Below are positions 9,961 through 18,517 of a stretch of DNA of 64,000 nt, piece by piece (within the stretch, counting starts at the first letter, position 1; each line of letters opens with the position of its first letter). The stretch spans positions 32,001-96,000 of the forward strand of contig JBGAJQ010000002.1 in the NCBI GenBank assembly GCA_044224875.1. Direction: 5' to 3'. The translations under genes and the position numbers were made by a program. The notes under the pieces were generated by a model. That model had not been told where the DNA came from. It ran no database searches and worked only from the letters and a program-made list of their open reading frames with translations. Source of the stretch: Gemmatimonadaceae bacterium. Its GTDB lineage: Bacteria; Gemmatimonadota; Gemmatimonadetes; Gemmatimonadales; Gemmatimonadaceae.

Positions 9961-10003
9961 AGCGCCCCCAACCGCGAGAAATCCGCTGGTTGGGGGCCTT
10001 CTT
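9961..10003 (+). terminator. Intrinsic terminator-like hairpin after the DUF4331 operon
   Basis: GCCCCCAACC...GGTTGGGGGC stem followed by CTTCTT. Confidence 0.6.
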
Positions 10004-10153
10004 GCCGACATGGCCTCGGACGGCGGGTGCGGGTCCCGGGGTCGCTGCGGTTCGTCGAGCGGGAACCCCCCCGCGTGCCCTCTCTACCGCCCCGCTCGTC
10101 AGGAACTCGGGAAAGACCGCAGTTTCCCGCTCCCGACTTGGCGGAGGCCGCCA

Positions 10154-10906
10154 ATGAGCATGGACATTCTCGCATCACCAAGACGCTATGACGACGGGGA
10201 ACTCCCGTTCGAAGGACCCACACCGTCACGTGTGTGGGGCGATCAGTGGTTGCGCGTCAGCGAGAAAGTTCTCAAGGGGTTGAACCACAAGCTCACGAAC
10301 CGAGTTGCCGCTCTCGAAGCTGTCGTGGCGATTACCGAGCCCAATGGTGCCCCCGATCCTGAGCTCATGGCCGCGTTGGCGAAGGAAACAGCAGAGCTGC
10401 ATGCGCTGCTCCGTCTGTTTCGCTTGATGCCCGCCGAGCCCTTCGCCGACCCTGAGGCGTGTCGTCTTCAGGACATTCTACCGAACGTCCTCCAGCTGCA
10501 CCGGCACCACGCGGACCTCAAGGAGATTCCGTTCGAGACGCAGTCGGATGACTATGCTCATCCAATCCTCGTGCGTCAGTCGGCGCTGTTGCGTTGCTTG
10601 CTCGTGGTCTTGGAGGCCGCGGCCGGAAACGCACTCCGATCGGCGACAACATTGCCCCTCCGCGTGGCATACCAGCAGGTCGGCACCGATGTCGTGGTCT
10701 CCATCGAGGGACCGGCGCCGCCGTCGCAGCTGATCTTCTCCGGCGAGGGAAGCTTGCTGCATGCCGTCCGTTCCGCGCTGGCGCATGCCCATGGGACGGT
10801 GGACGCGTTGGCCACTCCGTTGGACGGGTTCGATCGCCTTCGCTACGAGATCCGACTGCCGACGCTGGCCGCCGCCCGCAAGATCGAGCGCGACCAGTCC
10901 CTCTAA
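10154..10906 (+). CDS. Degenerate histidine-kinase-like protein / possible phosphotransferase
   Basis: GGAGG RBS at 10143; H-box-like GLNHKLTNR; HATPase-like tail without N/G boxes. Confidence 0.55.
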   Translation: MSMDILASPRRYDDGELPFEGPTPSRVWGDQWLRVSEKVLKGLNHKLTNRVAALEAVVAITEPNGAPDPELMAALAKETAELHALLRLFRLMPAEPFADPEACRLQDILPNVLQLHRHHADLKEIPFETQSDDYAHPILVRQSALLRCLLVVLEAAAGNALRSATTLPLRVAYQQVGTDVVVSIEGPAPPSQLIFSGEGSLLHAVRSALAHAHGTVDALATPLDGFDRLRYEIRLPTLAAARKIERDQSL

Positions 10907-10916
10907 CGACGGTTCG

Positions 10917-11666
10917 TTAGGCCACCGCTTCGCGCAGGCTTCCCATCGCCTCGCGCAGCCGCAATACGGCGCGACCACGAATCTGGGAAACGCGCGACTC
11001 GCTCACGCCCAGAATCACCGCGATCTCGCTCAGCTTCAAGTCCTCGAAGTAGTAGAGCGACAGCACCTGCCGCTCGACCGGCGGCAGGTCGGCAATGGCC
11101 GCTCGAAGGCGCGTCACTTCCTGCGCATGAGTCAGCCGCTCGTCCATCTCGGGGTCGGTACTCGCTTCTACGTGCTCGGTGGGAACACGCGCGCCAGGCG
11201 TTGCGCCCTCGGCGGTCCGCTCCAGGGGGACAAAACGCGCACCGTCGCCTTCCCACTGCCACTTGAAGAACGTCGTTAGGTCTACTCCCATCCGCTCCGC
11301 GACGCGGGCCGGTTCTGGTGCACGACCCAGCTCGCGCGTCAACGCATCGGTCGCCGAAGACAGTTCTCTGGTGCGACGACGGACCGAGCGCGGCACATGA
11401 TCCTGACGCCGCATTTCATCCAGCATAGCCCCTCGGATTCTCGGCGCCGCAAAGGTGCTGAAGGCCAAGCCGCGTCCTTCGTCGAAGTTGTTGAAGGCTT
11501 CGATCAGCCCGATCGTCCCGGCACTTACCAGCTCGTCCAGCTCGAGGTCCATAGCACGCGCTCGCGATAGCTGACGCGCGACATGGTACACGAGGCCGAG
11601 GTGCTGGCCGATGAGTTCTTCGCGACTACGTCCAGAAGCTGAGGTGCGGCTGACCCGTTGCGGCAT
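10917..11666 (-). CDS. fliA: RNA polymerase sigma factor, FliA/WhiG (sigma28) family
   Basis: ELVSAGTIGLIEA, FSTFAAPRIRGAMLDEMRRQD, LSLYYFEDLKLSEIAVILGVSESRVSQI. Confidence 0.9.
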   Translation of the reverse strand: MPQRVSRTSASGRSREELIGQHLGLVYHVARQLSRARAMDLELDELVSAGTIGLIEAFNNFDEGRGLAFSTFAAPRIRGAMLDEMRRQDHVPRSVRRRTRELSSATDALTRELGRAPEPARVAERMGVDLTTFFKWQWEGDGARFVPLERTAEGATPGARVPTEHVEASTDPEMDERLTHAQEVTRLRAAIADLPPVERQVLSLYYFEDLKLSEIAVILGVSESRVSQIRGRAVLRLREAMGSLREAVA

Positions 11667-11737
11667 TGGAGACGGACTCCCTTCGCGAGTTCTAGGCCGC
11701 GCGCAGGGTCTTTCCCGCGAGCAGCGCGCCTCACAAA

Positions 11738-11754
11738 AGCAACCGACGTTCCAA
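11738..11754 (-). promoter_or_regulatory. Sigma54 (-24/-12) promoter for fliA
   Basis: Minus strand TTGGAACGTCGGTTGCT = GG-N10-GC, about 70 nt upstream of the ATG. Confidence 0.65.
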
Positions 11755-11889
11755 CCTTGGCCGCCGACGCTGCGGAACGTCCCGCCGCCGGATCGAAACC
11801 CCTTAAGTCAATGTGATTTCACGCGATGAGCGGTGAGCCCAGGAGGGCGGGGGCGCGCGACTTGCAGATCTTACCTACCTCGGGATCAT

Positions 11890-11922
11890 GGGCAGATTCT
11901 TCCGCCTGGCAGATTTCTGCCG
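11890..11922. promoter_or_regulatory. Putative enhancer (bEBP) sites
   Basis: Tandem GGCAGATTCTTCCG and GGCAGATTTCTGCCG (plus TGCAGATCTTACC near 11863), about 110-170 nt upstream of the -24 box. Confidence 0.45.
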
Positions 11923-11964
11923 GTACCGATTGACCACCAAGAGCCGATTTCTCGCAAGTTTCGC

Positions 11965-11992
11965 TAAAGCCGCGGGAAGCGCCTGCCGACAT
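11965..11992 (+). promoter_or_regulatory. Sigma28 promoter for the flgM-like gene
   Basis: TAAA-N16-GCCGACAT vs consensus TAAA-N15/16-GCCGATAA/T. Confidence 0.7.
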
Positions 11993-12024
11993 TCTGATTG
12001 GACACTTCACACCTTGGGGCAAAC

Positions 12025-12315
12025 GTGAACAAGCGGCGGCAAGACCTTGAGCAACGGGCCAACACACCGGCTCCGAGGATCGAAGAATCATCGCCCATCG
12101 GTACCACCTATCCGCATCCTGAGCTGACTGTAGGCGAGGACTCGGCGTTGCAGCTTCCTGTGCGCCCGTCGCCCCGGTTCGCCGATCTTGGCGAGGAATC
12201 CATGACTCCTGAATTGATCATGCAGTACCGGGCGCGCATCGCGGCGGGTGTGTACGACCAGCCGTCCGTTATCCAGGCCCTGGCGGAATCCATGCTGCAG
12301 AGCGGGGACATCTAG
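12025..12315 (+). CDS. FlgM-like anti-sigma28 factor (putative)
   Basis: 96 aa from GTG 12025; C-terminal YRARIAAGVYDQPSVIQALAESML resembles the FlgM I-x-x-G-x-Y...A-x-x-M/L tail; sigma28 promoter; divergent from fliA. Confidence 0.6.
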   Translation: MNKRRQDLEQRANTPAPRIEESSPIGTTYPHPELTVGEDSALQLPVRPSPRFADLGEESMTPELIMQYRARIAAGVYDQPSVIQALAESMLQSGDI

Positions 12316-12344
12316 GGTCTTCGCTCGGCGGTTCGATTTTATAG

Positions 12345-12375
12345 ACGGCGCGCCCGAAGGTGGGCGCGCCGTTTT
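12345..12375 (+). terminator. Intrinsic terminator
   Basis: ACGGCGCGCCC-GAAGGT-GGGCGCGCCGT followed by TTT. Confidence 0.75.
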
Positions 12376-12425
12376 CACTTTGGACACGCCTCGCTCACGG
12401 GTGGGCAACTGGGTAGGTTCGACGC

Positions 12426-13040
12426 ATGTATCGACGTGCGGTCACTCACCTCAAGCGGTCCGATCCTGTGATGGCCGGGCTGGTTGCACGTGTCGGACCC
12501 TGCCGATTCGCCGTCCGTGAAGGAGGAACGCCCTATTCGGTCCTAACGAGCGCCATCATCTATCAACAAGTGTCTGGCGCCGCGGCATCGTCCATTCAGG
12601 GCAAGCTGTACGCGCTGTTTGGCGGGCGCGCTCCCGAACCGGGTGAACTGCTCGCCACGGGCGATGGCGAGTTGCGCGCCGCGGGTCTGTCGCGCCAGAA
12701 GGTCGCCTATCTTCGCGACCTGTCGACGCATGCCGCGCAGGGCGCCCTTCCGTTCGAGCGGCTTCACGACATGTCGGATGAGGAGATCATCGTTGCGCTC
12801 ACCCAGGTGAAGGGAATCGGGCGATGGACAGCGCAGATGTTCTTGATGTTTCGCCTCGGACGACTGGACGTACTACCGGAACTCGATCTGGGTATCCGCA
12901 TGGCCGTGAAGCGTGCGTACCGTTTGCGGAAGCCGCCGGATGCCCGACGGCTGCACAAGGTCGGTGCGGCGTGGGCACCATACCGCACCATCGCCAGCTG
13001 GTACTTGTGGCGTTCGCTCGATGGCGAGGCAGCGATTTGA
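12426..13040 (+). CDS. DNA-3-methyladenine glycosylase II (AlkA/HhH-GPD family)
   Basis: IIYQQVS, GLSRQK, VKGIGRWTAQMFLMF, WAPYRTIASWYLW. Confidence 0.9.
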   Translation: MYRRAVTHLKRSDPVMAGLVARVGPCRFAVREGGTPYSVLTSAIIYQQVSGAAASSIQGKLYALFGGRAPEPGELLATGDGELRAAGLSRQKVAYLRDLSTHAAQGALPFERLHDMSDEEIIVALTQVKGIGRWTAQMFLMFRLGRLDVLPELDLGIRMAVKRAYRLRKPPDARRLHKVGAAWAPYRTIASWYLWRSLDGEAAI

Positions 13041-13927
13041 GCCGCGTGGTCGTAGCCGGGGCGAGTGGCTTTGTAGGTACCGCCATCTGTGCCGAGTTAC
13101 AGCGAGCCGGTCACACGGTGCGCACGCTCGGTCGCGGATCCAGGTCGGACATCGTGTGGGATCCCGCTAACCGGCAGCTCGAACCATCGAGCTTGGACGG
13201 TTGCGATGCTGTGGTGAACCTGGCGGGAGCGACGATTGCCCAGCGATGGACATCGGCCGCCAAGCGAGAGATCCTGGCCAGTCGCGTCGAGGCGACAAGG
13301 CTGTTGGCCACGACCATGGCCTCTCGTCCCACACCACCAGCGGTGCTCGTCTCCATCTCGGCGATCGGGTTCTACGGCGACACCGGAGATCGCGAGGTCG
13401 ACGAAAGCGCGCCAAAGGGCTCCGGCTTTCTGGCGGACGTGGTGGAAGCATGGGAAGCCGAGGCAGGTGCGGCGCGCGCGGCGGGGATCCGTGTTGTGCA
13501 TCCCCGGTTGGGCCTGGTGTTGAGCCCCAAGGGAGGCGCGCTTGCCAAGATGCTGCTGCCGTTCCGCCTTGGAGCTGGCGGGAAGATCGGTAAGGGGACG
13601 CAATGGATGTCGTGGATCTCGCTCACGGACGCCGCGCGCGCGGTCCGTTGGTTGATCGAGTCTTCCTCCGTTGTCGGCGCCGTGAACATCGTCACCCCTG
13701 GACCAGTGCGGAACGTGGAATTCACGACCGCCCTGGCTTCGGCGCTGCACCGACCAGCCATCGCGACCGTTCCTGAGTTCGCGATCTCGCTCGCCTTTGG
13801 CGAGATGGGGAAGGAAACACTGTTGGCCGGCCAGCGTGTGGTTCCACGGCGGTTGACCGAAGGGGCCTTTTCGTTTGAGCTGCCACAGCTCGCGGTGGCG
13901 CTCACAGCAGAACTCTCTGCTCCATAG
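13037..13927 (+). CDS. TIGR01777 family epimerase/oxidoreductase
   Basis: GASGFVG, VNLAG, QRWT..K..SRV, GTQWMSWI; TTG start overlaps the upstream stop. Confidence 0.9.
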   Translation: MSRVVVAGASGFVGTAICAELQRAGHTVRTLGRGSRSDIVWDPANRQLEPSSLDGCDAVVNLAGATIAQRWTSAAKREILASRVEATRLLATTMASRPTPPAVLVSISAIGFYGDTGDREVDESAPKGSGFLADVVEAWEAEAGAARAAGIRVVHPRLGLVLSPKGGALAKMLLPFRLGAGGKIGKGTQWMSWISLTDAARAVRWLIESSSVVGAVNIVTPGPVRNVEFTTALASALHRPAIATVPEFAISLAFGEMGKETLLAGQRVVPRRLTEGAFSFELPQLAVALTAELSAP

Positions 13928-13929
13928 AC

Positions 13930-15189
13930 ATGGCCTCACGTTTCGGCGGTCTCACCGGGAGAGTGTTCGCCGCCCTTCTTCTCGGTTTCCTTGGTGGGTT
14001 ACTGGCCGCCGCCTATCCAGGTGGCGTGTGGTCTACCATTGTGAAGGTGATTGAGCCGATCGGCACGTTGTGGGTGAATGCGATCCGCATGACCGTCATC
14101 CCGCTGGTCGTCTCGCTCCTGGTCACCGGCGTGGCCTCGTCGCTCGACGCCCGCGCGGTGCGAAGCCTGACCGGTCGTTCGTTCCTGACGTTCTTCAGCC
14201 TCCTGCTGGTGGCCGCCGTCTCTGGACTGGTTGTGGTGCCCGGTCTTTTTGCCTGGCTGCCACTCGATCCTGCCGCTGTTGCGGCGCTCCGCGCCAGCAG
14301 TGGCGCCACGGCTGCCTCTCCCCAGTCGGTGCCCACCTTCACCGATTGGCTGGTGAACATCGTTCCCACCAATCCCATCAAGGCAGCAACGGATGGGGCC
14401 ATGCTCCCGCTTGTCGTGTTCGCGACGGCCTTTGGCGTTGCGTTGTTGCAGGTGCCGATCGAACGCCGTGACGCCGTGGTGGCATTCTTCCGAAGCGTCG
14501 GTGACGCCATGCTGGTGATCGTACGAGCGATCATCGCGCTGGCGCCGATCGGCGTGTTCGCCCTGATGCTTCCCCTGGCCTCGCGAACCGGATCGGCGGT
14601 GGCCGGTGCGTTAGGCTACTACGTGGTGGCCATGGCGTTCGCCTGTACGGCCCTTATCGCCGTGCTCTATGCGTTCACCTGGGTCGTGGCCGGAGTGCCC
14701 CTCGCCCGCTTTGCCAAGGCCGTATTTCCGGCGCAGGCGGTTGCCGTCAGCACCAGTTCATCCCTGGCCTCGCTCCCGGCGCTCATCGACGGCGCCGAGC
14801 GCACGCTGGCGGTTCCAAAGGAGACCACCGGTGTCGTGTTGCCGCTGGCGGTCTCCACGTTCAAGGTCGGCTCCCCGCTCGTGTGGATGGTTGCGGTCGT
14901 CTTTCTCTCCCGCTTCTACGGCGTCCCACTTGCCCCAACGCAGTACCTGCTGGTTTCCGCTACCGCATTGCTGTCGAGTTTCAGTGTGCCAGGGGTTCCG
15001 CATGGCTGGTTGTTGGTGATTTCCCCGCTGCTGGTCACCATGAACATCCCGGCCGAAGGCATTGGCATGCTCATCGCCGTCGACGCCATTCCCGACATCT
15101 TTGCCACCACGTTGAACGTGACGGCAGACATGACGGCCGTGGCGACCGTCAATCGCGCCATGTCACGGGGCGTCAGCGCCCAGTCGTGA
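13930..15189 (+). CDS. Dicarboxylate/amino acid:cation symporter (DAACS)
   Basis: IRMTVIPLV, IVPTNPI, STSSSLASLP, DIFATTLNVTAD. Confidence 0.9.
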   Translation: MASRFGGLTGRVFAALLLGFLGGLLAAAYPGGVWSTIVKVIEPIGTLWVNAIRMTVIPLVVSLLVTGVASSLDARAVRSLTGRSFLTFFSLLLVAAVSGLVVVPGLFAWLPLDPAAVAALRASSGATAASPQSVPTFTDWLVNIVPTNPIKAATDGAMLPLVVFATAFGVALLQVPIERRDAVVAFFRSVGDAMLVIVRAIIALAPIGVFALMLPLASRTGSAVAGALGYYVVAMAFACTALIAVLYAFTWVVAGVPLARFAKAVFPAQAVAVSTSSSLASLPALIDGAERTLAVPKETTGVVLPLAVSTFKVGSPLVWMVAVVFLSRFYGVPLAPTQYLLVSATALLSSFSVPGVPHGWLLVISPLLVTMNIPAEGIGMLIAVDAIPDIFATTLNVTADMTAVATVNRAMSRGVSAQS

Positions 15190-15853
15190 CGACGGTGGCC
15201 CAGGCCACGAGCGCGTCGCACAAGGCGTCGAGTACCTGGGCATTCGTTCGACCTGACGACTTCCGCACGGCAAAGGAGTGATCGCCGTCGTCGAACAGCT
15301 CGAGTGTCGCGCGCGGCGCCAGTCCCCGCACCACACCCTCCAACAGCTCCAACGTCGCGAACTCGTCGCGCGTGCCCTGCAGGAAGAGCATCGGCACGTG
15401 CACACGAGCCAGGTGCTCGGCGCGCGTCACGCCGGGCTTTGCCGGCGGGTGCAACGGGAAGCCAAGGAATGCGAGCCCGCACACCGAGGGCAGGTGCCCA
15501 CGCGATTCCGCCTCGGACGTCATTCGGCCGCCAAATGACTTCCCTCCCGCCACGAGTGGCACCCCGGGAAGCAACGCCGCCGCCTTATCGACCGCCGCGC
15601 GCACCGCCGCGCATGCGACATCGGGCGTGTCCACGCGCCCGCGCTTCCCCTCCATATACGGGAACTGGTAGCGCAGCGTGGCCGCACCGCGTGCCAGCAG
15701 CCGCGACGCAACACTCGCCAGGAACGGATGGCGCATGCCAGCGCCGGCACCATGCGCGAGCACATACGCGAATGTTGGATTCGCTGGGGCGTCCAACAAA
15801 GACGACACGGTCCCGTCACCTACGGTAATCCGATGCTCACTTGTCATGCCCAT
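15173..15853 (-). CDS. Alpha/beta hydrolase (KANL3/Tex30-like)
   Basis: LAHGAGAGM, GGKSFGGR, GFPLHPP, QGTRD, DGDHSF. Confidence 0.85.
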   Translation of the reverse strand: MGMTSEHRITVGDGTVSSLLDAPANPTFAYVLAHGAGAGMRHPFLASVASRLLARGAATLRYQFPYMEGKRGRVDTPDVACAAVRAAVDKAAALLPGVPLVAGGKSFGGRMTSEAESRGHLPSVCGLAFLGFPLHPPAKPGVTRAEHLARVHVPMLFLQGTRDEFATLELLEGVVRGLAPRATLELFDDGDHSFAVRKSSGRTNAQVLDALCDALVAWATVVTTGR

Positions 15854-15901
15854 GGTCGAGCCTCAATTCCATTCATCACGCGTTGCCACGAGATTGCAGC
15901 C

Positions 15902-16855
15902 ATGCGCCCCACTCTCGGAAGTGCCGTCGTCCTGTCACTTCACGCGGCGTTGCTCGCGTGTTCACCACCTGAAGCCAAAGACCCCAAAGCACCGCTCCTG
16001 GTTTTCACGGCGGGTAGCCTCACTCGGCCCATGAAGGCGGCGCTCGACTCGTTTTCGACCGCAACCGGCTCCACCTACCAGTTGGAAGCGGCGGGCAGCC
16101 TGGAAACCGCCCGAAAAGTCACCGAGCTGGGCAAGCTTCCAGACATCCTTGCCCTAGCGGATGTGGAGGTCTTTCCGCAGTTGCTGATGCCCAAGCACGT
16201 GACTTGGTTCGCGACCTTTGCTACCAATCGACTCGTCTTGGCAAAAAGCCCAAAGGCTCGCTTCGGTGGAGAGATCACTTCGACAAACTGGTGGACTGTC
16301 CTCCAAAGACCCGGCGTCGAGGTCGGTCGCGCAGATCCGAATGTCGACCCAGCCGGCTATCGCACTCTATTTGTCTTCCAACTTGCCGAGCGAGATGTTG
16401 GCCAAGCTGGTCTCGCTAAGGCACTCGAGGCCGCGAGCCCGCGCCGAAACATGAGGCCAAAGTCCGCTGAGCTCACCGCGATGGTGCAGGCGGGTGAGCT
16501 CGACTACGCCTGGGAGTACGAGTCCGTCGCCCGCGCGGCGCAGCTCGAGTTTGTCACGCTCTCTCCCCGCGTCGACCTTGGTTCACCCGCCGACAGCGCG
16601 ACCTACGCCACTGCGTCCGCTCGCGTTCCCGGTGCGAGCATTGGCGATACGGTCACCATTCATGGAGCCCCGGTCCGCTACGGGATTTCCATTCCGGTCG
16701 GTGCGAAGAATGCGCAGTTGGCAGAACGCTTCGTGGCCTTTTTGGCGACTTCCGCGGGCAAGGAAATCCTTCGACGAGAGTACCTTCCCGCGCTGGACAC
16801 CCTCGCGTGGACGGGTGCGAATATCCCGACGACCCTTCTCGCACCCGCACGTTAA
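15902..16855 (+). CDS. Tungstate/molybdate-binding lipoprotein (WtpA/ModA-like)
   Basis: Lipobox LLAC; AGSL, GSLETARK, ADPNVDPAGYRT, DYAWEYESVA. Confidence 0.8.
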   Translation: MRPTLGSAVVLSLHAALLACSPPEAKDPKAPLLVFTAGSLTRPMKAALDSFSTATGSTYQLEAAGSLETARKVTELGKLPDILALADVEVFPQLLMPKHVTWFATFATNRLVLAKSPKARFGGEITSTNWWTVLQRPGVEVGRADPNVDPAGYRTLFVFQLAERDVGQAGLAKALEAASPRRNMRPKSAELTAMVQAGELDYAWEYESVARAAQLEFVTLSPRVDLGSPADSATYATASARVPGASIGDTVTIHGAPVRYGISIPVGAKNAQLAERFVAFLATSAGKEILRREYLPALDTLAWTGANIPTTLLAPAR

Positions 16856-16911
16856 CGTGCTATGATGAGGAACGTCTAAGACGAGTCTCCCAATCGAGAG
16901 ATCGTGAGCCG

Positions 16912-17400
16912 ATGCCCAGAGTCCCGTTTACAGACCTGCCCGACGACGCTCGCGTGTGGGTATTTGGCGCGTCGGACCCAATAGCGGACGACAGCGCGCG
17001 CGCACTCCTCGATGCTGTTGACAGCTACCTGGAAGGTTGGGAAGCGCACGGCAATCCCTTGCGATGCGCACGCGACTGGCGTGACCGACGCTTCCTTGCG
17101 ATCGGAGTTGACGAACGGTCGGCAGGAGCCAGCGGGTGCTCGGTGGATGCGCTCTTTCGCGTTCTCCAACAACTCCAGTCTTCTGTTGGTGCCACCATCA
17201 TCGGGGGCGGTCGCATCTACTATCAGGACGAGCACGGTGACATCCAGTGCACGTCGCGACCGGAGTTTGCTCGCTTGCTAGCCGCCGGAATCGTCGAAGA
17301 CACGAGCTTGGTGTACGACACGTCCGTGTCGACTGGCGCCGACTATCGGCAGCGTTTTGCGCGCCCGTTGGCCGAGTCGTGGCATCGCCACCTCGCCTGA
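16912..17400 (+). CDS. Conserved hypothetical protein (ASGCSxD motif family)
   Basis: VPFTDLPDDARVWVF, WEAHG.PL, ASGCSVD. Confidence 0.75.
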   Translation: MPRVPFTDLPDDARVWVFGASDPIADDSARALLDAVDSYLEGWEAHGNPLRCARDWRDRRFLAIGVDERSAGASGCSVDALFRVLQQLQSSVGATIIGGGRIYYQDEHGDIQCTSRPEFARLLAAGIVEDTSLVYDTSVSTGADYRQRFARPLAESWHRHLA

Positions 17401-17422
17401 CGTAAGACCGCGCTACCTCGCC

Positions 17423-18484
17423 TCAGTCTTCCAGCCAACGATCGATATGCTCGGCGACGAACGCGTCGTCGGTGAGCTGTGGGTAGGTGCGGATCACGCG
17501 CTCGATTTCGGCCTGTTGCCCCTCCGACAATCGTTCGGATGGGTTCAGGCACCAGTTGCCCTTGAGAAGACCCCCACGTCGCAGCACTTCGTGGATACCG
17601 GGAATGCACCCGGAGAAGCCATGCGCCACGTCGAAGATCGCTCCGTTGGCATCGGTGAGGGCAGCGCCGGTACTGAGCAACTCGGCCACACCCTCGCCAC
17701 GCTCGCGTACCACTTTTACCCGCGCGAGCATTTCCACTGCCGTATGCGTCCAAACGGCCCACTGGCCCAACAAGCCACCGACGATCCCGCACGTCACGCG
17801 CTGACCGCCCACAATGCAAGGCACTTTGGTCAGCAAGTCGGCGATGATTGCGTCATCGTTCCCGGTGTACAGGGCGACGTCGTCACGACCCGACTCGGCG
17901 ATGGCACGCACCACGTCGATGGTGGCGTAGCGGTTGAACGGGGCGATCTTGATCGCCACCAACGCCGGGAGTTCCGCCAGTTCACGCCAGAACCGCCAGC
18001 CTAACGGGCGCCCGCCCACCGCTGGTTGGAGGTAGAAACCGATCAGCGGCAGCACGTCCGCCACTGCCCGGCAGTGTCGGATCAACTGGGCGTCCGTCAG
18101 GTCAGACAACCCGCCCAACGATAGCAGGACGGCGTGGTACCCCAAGGCGGCCGCCGTCTCTTCCTCGGCGACGGCTTGGGACGTCGGGCCGCACGCCCCA
18201 GCGATTAGCGCGAACGGAGTCGCGACTTCAGGACGCCATGTCTGTGCCGTTGTCGCCGCCAGTTCCAACACCGGGCGGTACAGGCCATGCTCGCGGATGG
18301 CGAATTGCGTGGTGTGGACTCCAACGGCGATCCCCCCAGCGCCTGCGTCCAGGTAGTAGCGGCTCAGAGCCCGCTGGTGTCGCTCATCCAGCGTGCGCCG
18401 AGGCGTCAAGGCCAACGGATGCGCGGGAACGACCTGTCCCGCCAGCAAGTGGCGGCGAACGTTCACCGCAACTCCCACCGCCAA
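17423..18484 (-). CDS. Dihydrodipicolinate synthase-like aldolase
   Basis: VGVHTTQF, GFYLQPAVGG, IKIAPFNRY (Schiff-base Lys), LYTGNDD. Confidence 0.85.
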   Translation of the reverse strand: MAVGVAVNVRRHLLAGQVVPAHPLALTPRRTLDERHQRALSRYYLDAGAGGIAVGVHTTQFAIREHGLYRPVLELAATTAQTWRPEVATPFALIAGACGPTSQAVAEEETAAALGYHAVLLSLGGLSDLTDAQLIRHCRAVADVLPLIGFYLQPAVGGRPLGWRFWRELAELPALVAIKIAPFNRYATIDVVRAIAESGRDDVALYTGNDDAIIADLLTKVPCIVGGQRVTCGIVGGLLGQWAVWTHTAVEMLARVKVVRERGEGVAELLSTGAALTDANGAIFDVAHGFSGCIPGIHEVLRRGGLLKGNWCLNPSERLSEGQQAEIERVIRTYPQLTDDAFVAEHIDRWLED

Positions 18485-18517
18485 CGAGCGCGTAGTCTGC
18501 GCTTTGATGATCGCACG

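Noticed and set aside
10108..10129. CGGGAAA...TTTCCCG hairpin as a riboswitch
   Set aside because: No cobalamin, c-di-GMP or other aptamer core around it
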